Assembly: GCA_012295275.1 (NCBI GenBank)
Contig: CM022672.1
Span: 11,098,001-11,162,000 of the forward strand
Length of the DNA: 64,000 nt
Source of the DNA: Chrysomallon squamiferum
Lineage: Eukaryota; Animalia; Mollusca
Direction: 5' to 3'
In this document: piece by piece, positions 39,601-52,600 of the stretch
Layout: each line of letters starts with the position of its first letter
How positions within the stretch are numbered: position 1 is the first letter of the stretch
Position numbers and translations under genes: made by a program
Notes under the pieces: generated by a model
The model's input: the letters and a program-made list of their open reading frames with translations, nothing else
Database searches by the model: none
Told to the model about the DNA's origin: nothing

Positions 39601-42600
39601 TAAAAAATCAATTCTGATTTGTTGACAGAGCCAGGCATTATGACTGTCTTTTATCCCACATTTTAATTCTTTTTTAAATTTACAAAAGAAAAGATAAAAG
39701 AAGGAATTAAGAGCTCTTAATATTTTAATATTTTCATTTTATAAAAAAAAAGAGTGGGATGCAGGTCATTGAATGTTTGCCTGATTCTATTCTAAATTTG
39801 TTATAATAAATAATAATAAATTTGTTGTTTTTAGTATTGTTGGAATTGTAAGAAAAAATACTGTGGGCTTTTCTGTTAAAATGAAAAAAGATTGATAAAT
39901 TATAATTATATGACATGTTCAATTAAAATGGTCTTTTATTTTAGACCAACATTTCTTGACAACTGCCTCTTTAACAGTGCTTAATTTTATTACTTTAGAT
40001 GTAATAATAATTATTTCAGATCAAACGTCAGAGTCTCGATGGTGTGGGTCTTGATCAACTTTCCAACAGCGACCACAACAACACAAACGACAGAGAAAAC
40101 TTCTGTGCTGATTTAGTAAGCATTCTTTGCTATCTGGACAACTCACAGACAAACTAAAATATTTTAGTTTTCACCTGAAATTTAAAAAATAACTAAAATG
40201 AAATAATGAATGTTGGCATATTTTACCTGAGAATTATATACAACATTTTGTAAGTGAGTGGGCTGGAGTGCAGGTTTACGGAGTACATTTTTTGGTAACA
40301 ACTGTTACAGCAGCACACAACATGTTTATCTAATCTTTGATGTTGTTTCTTATTTATGAAGAGGTGCCTATAAAAAAAAAAAAACGATATGTAATTCTTG
40401 ACATTAGCCCATGAATTGGATGCAGTGGATTTCCTCATTCATAATATCGTTATTGAAAGAAGGTACAGCTGCTGCCTAATGTCTTAATTATTTAATCTTA
40501 AAACGGTTTGAGCTACTGTAAAGGCGGACTTCCTGACAATGTGATTAGCATTATTTGTTAATAAAATCTTATTTGAAGTTATCAACATTATACTTTTGTT
40601 AATAACATTCAACATTTGTATGATAAATTCAGTCAGAAACAAATTTTAGTTTTCTTTGCAATTCATGTTTTAAATGTTACATACATACATATATACATAT
40701 ATATATATATGTTGTATTTTTTCTGTAAAGGTTGAAGATGATGATGACAACAACGAGTTTGACTTCAACTTCTCTGGAGACTCTGGTGACTGTAGTCAAG
40801 GACCATCACAAAATATATGTGAACCAAGCTTACAGATGGGTGGGGCATCTATGGATGGAACAGTCCTCTGTGGGGATAAGCTACTTGCTCAGCCATACAA
40901 GGTATTTAAAAAAAAAAAAAAAAAATGTATAATGTTCTATAATTTTGTGAGGATTAATGGGAAGATATGATTATTTATGGCTACAGGAATGTTCAGATTA
41001 GTCAGATGAAGTTGAGAAAAATCAATGTTGCTCTGTCATTACTGCTAGTATACTTGTAAAAAAAGAAAACAGCCCAATTTTTCTGTCTTTTAGAGTAAAA
41101 TATCTAATTTGAAAATTTTTGTCAAAAATAAATTGGTGTTTTTAGTAAACAAAGTGATGAATATATATTGTGGAAATTGGAAATACCTACCGATTTACCC
41201 AAATTATATAGGTTTTTTTGATGGTTTTTTAATGACTAAATAATGGATTAATGCAAAAAAATGAATGTTTCTTTGAAACAGTAGTCAGTTCAAGAGGGTA
41301 CACACAATAGCAATTTATTTCTCATTTGAGAACAGAATCTGAAATCTATACATCTGTTACATTTTTCAAATATTTCAGACATTGAATGTTAATTGATGAT
41401 GGGTTTTGTTTTTGATATTTTTTCCTTTTTTTCCCACTTCTATACAGGTTCCCAAGATAGATATACCTTATGCCAAAACAGCCAAGAAACATGATGTTAG
41501 AAAACTCAAGTCTGCCATGTGGAAAATTCTTACAAGTTCAACCTCTGAGCAGGTAATTTTTAGATTGAGTTTTCAGTTTGTTTCAATGCAGGTGTTAATA
41601 AAAATATGAAAAACAGAAACCAGGTAATACAAGATGACAGTTCAGTGTGGGGAGTTAATAAACCTAAATTCTATGTGAACAGCAGGTGCAGTGTGACAGC
41701 TGTTGAATATAATTTAGGATGTTAAGGTTCTAGGGAAGATGGAGAAAAACAGGAGTTTAGTGTTTTGAACAAAAAACTTTCATTAACACAAACATTTTTA
41801 TGAAACACATGGACTGACACATTAGTCATTTTATTTTAAAATTGTATTTGTTTATTTATATTTTTGATCAGTATAATTAATTATTAAGTAGTTATTTTAA
41901 AGTTTTAAAGTTATCAATTTTTTTTATTTATATAAAACTGGTAACTTATAGTGGTCAGTAATAAAATTTGTTTCAACATATATTTTAAAAATGAGTTTAT
42001 TAAAGAATTTTCTTTTTATTAATTAATTTTATATTTTATAATCTGTAAGAATGATCGATCCTGGCAGTATTCCTGGTAGTGTTTACCAATATATAAATCA
42101 CTATTTTTCAGTGCAATGAAGATGCACATTCAGAAACAAATATTTCAAAAGGAATACAAGAGTTGACAATGGGAGAAAAATCTATGACTGACCAGTGGTC
42201 TATTGGCAAACTGCTACAAAAACTACCACAGCATATCTCAGAAAATGCTGCAACAAATCTCAGTGTTCCAATAGCATTTATGTGTCTTTTACACTTAGCA
42301 ACTGAAAAGGTATCTGAAAATGTCAACTTACTTAAGAATTTGTAGTTTTCCTTAAAGATTATTTTTTTTATTTTTATAAATTGTCAGTATCATTAATTTT
42401 GTCTGTGTATATTTATTTTTAAAAATTATTTTATACTGTAGTGAGTAACAAATAATCTATGTTTGTTGTATATTCATTATCAATATTTAATTTTAAGACA
42501 AAACTTATCATATACTTAACTAAAATTTAAACTGTCTCCTAAAAATGAGTTTAACGTAAAATAAATTTTAATATTATATTATTTCAAATGATTTGCATTT

Positions 42601-42904
42601 CATTATATATACAGTATAAGTATTTAATTGAAATTAAAACTGAATGATATTCCTACTTGATATTTTTAAAAAAACAGTCTCTAAAATGACAGTTTAGATT
42701 AATATATGTATCATTACATATATATATATATATACCCTACAAGTTTGTATTTTACATTGACTGAATATTTTTTGGCAGTTCTTTTTGTTCTTCTGTATTC
42801 CTCTCTTCTTTCACACACACATATTACATCTCTATTTATATTTACAGGGTTTGAAACTTGAAAGCATTGACATGAAGGACGTGATGATCTCTCAGGATCT
42901 GTAG
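33638..42904 (+). CDS. NCAPH: Condensin I kleisin subunit H (Barren/CAP-H), 719 aa
   Basis: 16 exons: 33638-33870, 34319-34397, 34696-34782, 35151-35283, 35553-35617, 36611-36682, 37168-37363, 37523-37602, 38084-38219, 38611-38704, 39223-39580, 40020-40115, 40731-40901, 41448-41552, 42112-42309, 42848-42904 (2160 nt). Motifs CIKLSVENKINSKNAFGLHLID, NFQVASYTLDASAKIYAARVD, VDPMF, WAGPSHW, TLPPDLHY, IPYAKTAKKHDVRKLK, LSVPIAFMCLLHLATEKGL. Confidence 0.96.
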
Positions 42905-43855
42905 CACCTTTCATTGTTATTTATAGTATGTTGCTGAAGATATAACATTTGTTACAGGTTTCTGTTGTATATTTTATATACATCTTTTAGATTTAGTTAT
43001 AAATTCTTCCAGTTTCCCATTTTTGACTGTTTCCCCAACATAAAGGAAAAAATAGGTTCTTAAAGTTTGAATTTTTGTTGTTTACACTTAATATTGTGTG
43101 TAAACAATTACATATTTTAAAAATCTGAACACACCCATTTTATCTAAAAGAGTAGGTTTGACTGTTTCAATTCGAAATCAATCTTTAATTAATTTTAGAA
43201 ATTTTTATTGTTATATATTTGTTAAACTCCAAAAATCTTATTATTTTCCCATTTATTTTAAACATTATATAAAATAAATGATATTTTACTGCAATTTGTT
43301 TCAAAATTGGTTTTATTTTAAACATGATAAAATAAAGGTTCAATTTATTGCTTAATAATTAATTTAGAAATTGCAATATAAAAAAGAAAAGTCCCTCCCC
43401 CCCAAATTTTTTTTTTTTTAAATAAAAACAATTTATACAAATGTATTCTCAGTATTTTATTTCACTGTGGAAAATTTATTAAATTATCCCTTTTTTATAA
43501 AATCAATTATTTAGTAACTAGCATATCTTCATATTTTTATTTACTGTCAATAAAAGACTAAAAGCAAATGTTTTTGTTATAATTTGTAAACTATAATAAT
43601 TTCATTCATATTGTGTAATAAGGAATGCTGAAATGTTTGTATTTAAAAATATTAGATTAAAACCCAATAAAAAAAGAAATCCTTGAAATATTTCTTAGTG
43701 TGCTCATTTAAATAATCATGAATTGCATCATACATTCTTATTGGAATAGTTATACAACATTCAGATCAAATAAAAATACACATTTTGGTATAATATTAAT
43801 ATTTATTTTCATTCAAAAAATTAGTTTTTACGAGTGCAAAGTACTTTGGCAGTAG

Positions 43856-43900
<45 letters not shown>
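43856..43900. repeat. Poly(A) run (~45 nt; poly-U in the E93/LCOR transcript orientation)
   Basis: Directly visible. Other long runs lie near 15390-15415 and 47775-47805. Confidence 0.9.
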
Positions 43901-43901
<1 letters not shown>

Positions 43902-46900
43902 ATTGATATTTTTTCCCCCATCATTTTTCAGGCACAGTGAGATTCTGCAATATATTACCAATTCAACAATGTGTAAATAAAATTAAAACAACTTAAAAAC
44001 AAACATAAAACAACAAATAAATTCACATGACAACAAAAGAAAACAGTAGACTAGTGATTATACTTCATAGATGTTGTTACAAATGAGACAATTCAAAGTG
44101 TACCTTTAACAATACAAAGAATTAATCCAAGTATATTTTATATATCTCCAAATTACATTTCTTTTTGTTTTTGGACATTCGGTTATAATAATGAAATATA
44201 GTCATGTTTCTGTGGTCACTGCACAATGCATAAGGCAGACCAACTTTTTAGTGTTGTCGGATAAATTGAAGTATTGCAAACAACCCCAGTTGTGGAGGAA
44301 TAAAATTGCTGTTTTCAGATGTTTTGTATGAATATTTTATTTTTGTTGTACTTTGCAATGAACCATAACAGATCAGCCTCAAACAATAATTAACTTGGGA
44401 GTGTTATGAATTAGACTGTGAATTCATATTGTCACACGTACACTTTAAAATGCTGGAATCCTTCATAAAATATTCATGTGAATGCAGTGTGATGTAATGC
44501 AATGTTTTATGAGGAATAAATGGCGATATGAACAGATTAAGATGTAAATGTTTATGAACAAACTATATGACAGTTAACAAACCTGTTTGATGATAACATC
44601 TGGCAACAGCTCTTAGGCTGACAGTATTATTACACTATTCACAACTGTATTGACATAACAAAAAAATTTGCTTAACATTTATATAACAATAAATGTTCGA
44701 ATGAAATAGTGTTTGTTTTTTTTGTTTTTTTTTCAACTGATATCTTTTACATTCTGAAGCACCAAAAATCAGAATCAGGTTTTTCATTAGTGCTGCCAGT
44801 AATCTGTTTTCCTGTTCTAGCCAGCACTCCAAGTTAATAGCCTTTCAAAGAAAACCTGCATGTAAAAGCTTATTCAATAATCCTGTTTTTGGGGGTGGTA
44901 TATTTTCTTTCATAATAATGCACTTTTATTAAGTTTTATTATCATTATTTTTTTTTTTCAAATGCTATTTCCATTTAATGAGTGATAAAAATAAAACAGG
45001 ATAATTCTCTTGTTTCAACAATGAAAAAAAAAAGGTAAAGGAATGATGAAGTAAAATATATGTATTTAACTAAGTTGGATGCATTTATATAATGTTAATG
45101 GAATTTTACTTGTAATATTTTAAAAAAAATAAAAGGAAGGATAATAATATAAAAAATTATTTAGCTTTCATAATTTGAGGAATGTATAAATTTTCTGTAA
45201 TACAAGGTACTAAGACCCTCTCCTAAAAAAACAGATTCTTTTCTTTTTTCTTTTTGCTGAAAACTGCATTTTAATACATAAATGTCAAGCTAAAATATCT
45301 ATCATTTTCAGAAGCACTTTATATATATATATATATATATGAAACAACATTAATAACATTTAAAATAAAATACAGTTTAAAACAAGACAGAAAGTGTATA
45401 TTAACAGTTAACAAAATTCAATAAAAATAAAAATACATGTTTAATTTTGAGCATAAATAAAATGGAACAAAATTGATCACAGAAAGACTGGATTAAAAAA
45501 AAATAAAAAAATGAAAGGTTATTATTTTTCACAACCCTATATAAAAAATAAAAATAAAAAAACCTAAAAAAACACACCAAAACCCCATAAAGTTTAGTAT
45601 AGCAAATGAACAATGATTTGCAAGTAACTAATTACTGAATGTCATTTAATGTTAACTATCCCCTTATAACATTTTTCAATTACAAGAAGCTATCTCATAA
45701 TTACAAGTTAGCAATCTGATAGTATATAATAATGATCTTGTAAACTGTAATGTTAAAAAATCCCATAATTTTCAAGTAGCACTACCTGACTTCTGAACCT
45801 TACATTGTTTATTGTTCAGAGAATATTAAATGATCTATATTTAATAAAATAAAATAAAATAAATAAATAAATAAATAAATAAATAAACAAACAAACAAAC
45901 AAACAAACAAGTAAATAAATAATTTAAAAATTCACACTGAATAATACTCCCCCTTGATTTAGTCTCATTTATCCTCCCTTAAAAACACTGAAATAAAAAC
46001 CTGACACACACATACATACAAAATGAAAAAACTGACAATAATTTTAAAAATAATCGTTTCTGCCACTGGAAAATATGTCAAAAAAGACATCAGTGACTGA
46101 TAAATGAGACTAATACTCTGATGCAGCTGTATAAATTACTAATAAAATCAACTCAAACTGAACAACAGCATTCAAAAACAAAATTAAATTACATAAATGT
46201 GATATGACTAGTAACTTCTGAACAAAAGGCATAAATAAATATAATGAATACAATGAGCAAATACAGTGAGACAGACAATCTTATTATCTGTATATATTAA
46301 ATATATTAAAACATTTAGAAAAAAATAATCTGTTTTTAGAACAGATTGATAAAGATGTAACATTCACTATTCAAACTCTTATTTCATAATGATATCTATT
46401 CTTCAAAATATGAAGTGAATATACAAAACACGTATAAAACAAATAAATTTCAAATAAATTCTGAAAACAATTTCATACTAATAAACAATATATAAATTAT
46501 TCTAGAAAGGAATGCACAATAAAAATTGATAAATATATACATTAATGAGCACCAACAAGTTCACATTGTTAAACTTTCTAACTAACACTTATTTCTAAAA
46601 ATCTCAAATAACACAGGACACTCTTTTAAACTTTACTCAATATTTTATCTTCCCTCTGTTTATACCTATCACCATAACTTATAACAGTCCCAAGACTATG
46701 GCTACTACTACAACTTATAAGTTTAAAAATTAAGAATTGTAAATTTGAAATATTCTAATGCAATATGATTTCAAAGCCTGGTGTGAACTTACCTTGGTTC
46801 TAAAATGAATTTTATTTTTTAAATAAAATAGTATGAAAATTTTGTTAATTTTGATGTCAATTTTACCATATATGCTTCATGATACAAGTATTAAAAAAAA

Positions 46901-47773
46901 AAAAAAAAAAAAAATTGTGAAGTAACTGTGAGGTAAAATATGGAATACAAGCTATAAAGTAACATTTTAAAATGGCCACAGCCAAGGAATTTGTCATATT
47001 CAAGGCACTTCCTTTAGAAAATATGGCACCTGATCCAGTTTTATACATCTGAATTTCAGTTCAAATTTGTACCCTATTAAAACAACATAGTACAAGATTT
47101 TCTCCAACATTAGTAAAAACATTTCTTTCTTTTGACTGCAGTCTTATGTTATTTTTGAACACTAACAATAGCAAAGGCAAAATTCTCATCAAGCACTAAT
47201 TTCACAATCAGACAAAAATATCTGATGTTAAATAAATAATTTTCATTAACTGCAAAAATTTAAGTAATATGAAACAACTGTTAAGCTCAGTTATTAAACT
47301 ATAAATATATTCATTAAAAAGCAAATGGGTAAAATAATTCTTACAATACAAATTGAAAAATACTATAAATATTTTATACATTTTGTTACATTTATAGCAA
47401 CAAATTTTAATTTTGTTTGTATATATATTTATGTGTGTGCTCTGTATGTCTGTCTGACTAGAAATGTTAATGTATATGTACAAATAAAGAAAAAAGCATC
47501 ACTAGCAAAAAAAAAAAAAAAAAAAAACCTATAATGTAAACTAATCACAGAGTAAGAGATTATGCTTATGACTTGCATATAAATATATGCAAATTGTGAT
47601 AGATATAAATTATGCAATTAAAAGTTTTGTTTTAAATACTGCAATATAATTTTTTTTTACCTATGGATCCTAGATACAAAAAATGTGTAAAAATGTGTAA
47701 AAATATCTCAGATCAGAATAAACTGATTATTTGCTTAATTGTAATGATAATTATTGTATAAGTTCCAACAGCA

Positions 47774-47807
<34 letters not shown>

Positions 47808-49622
47808 AACTGCATTTATAAAACAATAGGTAACATTAAGAATATATTAAAACCCCACAGAAACATTACAAACAGAAGATTTCTGGTCTATATCTGGCAT
47901 AATTTTTAAAAGTTAATAAATTATCAAAATAGTGATATATGTTTACACAATCATTAAAATACCACAACTGATATGTTTCAATGACATTTCCAATGAAAAT
48001 AAAGAAGTGAAAATTAAAAAAATAAAATAACAATTTTAAAAATCAAATCAGAATAAATATAAAATACTTACAAAATCACTTTCAATCTGTACATAACAAG
48101 AAAAATAAACCTTATAATCATATCAGCATAATTTTCCCACAACATTAACCAGTTATATATTTAGATATATATATATAGATATATATATATATATATATAT
48201 AGGCAACAATTAATTTTTTTTTTCTTTTTCATTTTTAAAGTTAAATCTCAACTGTATGTACAGAACATTCAAGGACGGGTGATGACTCCCTCAACAGAGT
48301 CAAAATCATTAGGCAATGAAAACACAGGTAACACGAGGTAAGAGACTTAAAGAAAAAAAGTATCTATAAACTATTCTTTAAACTAAATATTCTATCTGAA
48401 ATGCTATCATAATACAGGCTTAAATAATTTATTTTTAAAGTGCATCTTTTAAAATGAATGCCTTTACACACTCTTTGTATTATTTTTATTTTTTTTAATT
48501 TCTGATAGAAGTCTTTTCTTATATAACAATTTTATTTGTAAGAGTTACAATAGCTAACCTTTGTTTCTGAAACCAGTCTTTATCTTCTGGCACCATAACT
48601 GGCTCATGGTAATAAACAAATAGTCACCTTTGTCAATTTATAACAACATTATTTTTCTTAATCAGTCATTCATATATATATATATATATTCACATCTCTT
48701 TGTGTAAAGAAAGATCTTTATTATATATAATGTCTATGTATTTATCAGTTTCTTATACTTATTATATATAAAACAATAACTGAAATTATATAAAACATAT
48801 TTAAACCATTTGTAAAAATCATCAAAGATGCACTTTATTGATAACAATCTAAATAGTTATTTTATGTAAACATTTCACCTTTGTTTTCCGTTTTGTCCAT
48901 TAAACAGAATAAGACTAAAACACTGTCTTTGACTTCTAAACTGCAGAAACTTTTTGCATGAGCAAAAAATCTTTATTTAATCCTCTGAGCAATTTTACAG
49001 CTAAGTAAATTAAGGCATAAATGGTAAATGGGAAAGCTAAGAAACAACTTAAAATCCTCCCCCTCAAAAAAAATTAAAAATTAAAAAAAATACAAAATAA
49101 AAAATCTCAAAAATCAATAACAGATGTTTGGGATGACAATATCCCTGTAACCATTTAATTTGATTTTAACTACCATCTACTTATAATTCTTAAAACAAAT
49201 AACATATTTAGAAATGGTCATAATCTTTGATTAGTAAGATTTACGATGGAAATATTCTGCTGACAGCAACAAGCATTATAGTAAGGTCATATTGTAAATT
49301 TTTCTGTAATGCTATTACATCATGAAAAATCTTTTAAAAGAACAAAATGGGCCAGTATCAAATGAACAACAATTGGTAACCCCCAAATCAATCACAGTTT
49401 TAAAATAAATTATTACGAAGATTTAAATACCACTTTTCATAAGTTACTCTAAAACATCCATTTGTTAAAAGCTGAATAAAAAGAGTACGAGTTTACCAAA
49501 ATCAATGCTGCCGTCATCACTACAGTATAGATAAAACTTTATAGTTATATACTAAAATATTAAATATTTAACAGACACATATAAAACACAATACATACTT
49601 CTTTTTACTTTTCTTTTTTTGA

Positions 49623-52600
49623 TCAGTTAAAAAGCAAAAATCTTTCTTGAAGTGAACCAACACCATTTGGTCGTGGAAAGGTAAAGGCATCATCTTGTGT
49701 AAAGCTGCTAGACTTGCTTTGAACTTTGTGCTGAAGCTTTCGTAGCAATTCTGAGGCTGGTGTATTTAAGGAAAACCCTGATGAGAACAAGCCCATTGTA
49801 GGGTCAAAAGCTGTACTTCCATTAACAAATGGCTGCAACCATGGCATAGCACCAGATGTGCTCTGTTTGGGAGATGTGAAGCCAAGAGGGCTTACCTGGG
49901 AACTTTCTGATGTTGAAGCTGGAGGTGGGGATGCACTTAAATTTGAACTGGTTTCTACTCCCGATCCAGTTTCTTTCTGATTCTGACTCTCTCTGACTTT
50001 CTTCTGTCTCAGTAGGTGTCGCTCTTTAACTTTGTATTCTAGTGTGGAATGTGGAACACCAAAATAACTACCAGCCCTATGAACACTCATCTCACCTCGT
50101 TGTACTGCTCTCACTGCCTCCATCAACAACTGGCTATTGTATTTTCTATACTGTCCCCTTTTTGGTCGTGTTTTCTTAATTCCTGATGAACAGCCACTAG
50201 AAATTCCATGCTTTTCTCTAACAGATTCTTTTCTACATCGCTTTGGAAAATGACCAGATAAATCAATGAACTGAGATGAAGAAACAGCAATAGAATCAGG
50301 ACAGCTTGTCAGCTGAGATGTATCCGTAGAAAAAGAGCCTCTTGATGGGCAGTACTCATCAGGTGTTACAGTTCCTGAGCTGTCATCATTGGACTGATCA
50401 CAGAACTTTAATTTCTCTGATATTGATCTAACAATAATGTCTTTCAAGGCATCACCTATTTTACTATTTTCATAGCATTTTCCTTCCAATCTTTCGACTG
50501 TATCTTGAGCATTTGATCCTTTTGATGAACTATTTCCAGGCTTGTAGGACGGAACACGAAGGTCAGCCAAGTTAGCAGCTGTCATGCCGAAACCAAAACA
50601 TGGGCTAAATGGAGTGAAAGGACTAACATTAGACATGGCATCATCTAAATCTCTACTGAGTCCAAATTTTGTTTCTGAAAAGGATGCAACTGAGGCACTG
50701 TGGCTTTCCATTTCCAGTCGTTGTTGAATCAATTTACGAATCAAATCTGCCAATAAAGGCAACTTCAGTTCATGAGAATGGGCTGGTGTACGTAAGTTGT
50801 CTCTTGAACCATTCAAATTGTGTTTGCGCCTTAGAAGTTCCATCCTTCGGTCAAATTCTTCATCATAACTATCTAAATCAGGTTCCTTCTTGATGTGCAA
50901 AGGGAATGGCAATGGTGGCAGATAGGCAAAGGAACTGGTCTGCATTAAATCTGATAATGTCATACCATTATCATGACAGTTTTCCTCAGCTGAGCTTGAA
51001 TCTTCTATATCCATCTGCAGATTCTCTTCTGATTCTATTTTGAATATTTTGTTTCGAAGAGTGGATCTTGGAATGCCATAAAGCATGGCTGCTCTGCGAG
51101 TTCCTAATTTTCCATCACGAATTTCTGTAACTGCTTGTGAAAGCTCATCGTCTGTGTATGCTTTCTTCCCATTTGCACCATCTTTTTTGTTCCTTCTGGA
51201 AATAAATCACCACCATAAAGGAATTTAACAAGAAAAGCCAAAACATTTTTTTTTTTAATTTCTATAACAACCATGTGTTTCACATATAAAATTTAATTTG
51301 CTAATTTATATTTAAACAAATTTTCAAAAAATAATATTGGTTGCTCAGAATAAGGTTAATAAACCAAATTACAAACTAAGAGAATTTTATTTTAGATGAT
51401 GATTATATTGTTTTTTGGATTTCATAAAAGCAGCAAGTTTTATGCTTTTCTGTTATTTTATTATCACACAATTACCGATAACAAAGTAAAAGCCACACCT
51501 TTTCATAATGTAACATAGATAATTATTATCCAGGCAATGTAAAAACAATTAAAAGCTTAAACATCAACACATACCCTGCTAACATAAGAATCTGAGGAAT
51601 TTTGAGTTCTATATGCCCTTTGATGGTGGATGGAATAGACATCTCTCCATCTGTGTTGGAAAGAACTGTGGTTGTCTGTGCACCTTTTGCAGTGTTATTT
51701 GATTCAAGACACTCTCGGCCAAATCCATGAGTGTAGAATTGTGGGCAATAAGGCAAAAGTTCATGCAAATTTCGAAGGCCTGCAAATGAAAAAAGAAAGA
51801 AAAATAATTGAAAAATTATTAGAAGAACTATCACTTCAAATTATTATTAAAATAAGTTTATTATATCTCAGAGCTGGTAAAAGGTACTGGCAACAAGATC
51901 AGTAACCCAAGGCACCATATGCTAAGGGGTAGGGTGGGGGCCATATTATATCTGAGGTCTTTCAATACAAAGGAGAAAATGTTAAAATAATAAATAAAAT
52001 AATAATAAAAAATAAAAAATATAAAATTGAAAAATTCTTTGGTGGAGTCTAATGTTATTGATAATCTAATTAATAATTATATTATCAAACTGAAAACTAA
52101 CTGACAAAAGGATAGTTGTGTTAGCATGCCAGGACTGGCTTGGTATTATAAAATTCAGGATTATTTAGTAACATATTTTTTTTTTTATAAATATTACTAT
52201 AACTTAGTAAAATTTTCTCAGTAAAAAGAAACCAATGTAAAATTTGAGGATTTACTCACCAGGATAATCAGTTTGTGATTTTCCATTTCGAACATCATCT
52301 GTCATCTGATCAACAATGTCCTACAACATTTAAAAAAATATAAAAATAAAAATACAGTTAAGGTACTGATATCTATCTATCTGTCTATACGTAATACCAT
52401 GTGCCATTTTCTCTTTCTGTTTAAAAAAAAAAGGCATAAGAACATGTATCATTTTCCATGTAAGGAAATTCAGAATAATGATAATAAACAAAATGTAAAA
52501 AAGAAGAAAGGAATGAGGGTAAAACTAAAAATAATATTACAGAACATTATTTTAAAAAAATGTTGTTTTTTTAAATTAGTTTTCCTAATTTTAAAATGGT

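Noticed and set aside
51925-51940. G-quadruplex candidate GGGGTAGGGTGGGGG
   Set aside because: Only three G3+ tracts.
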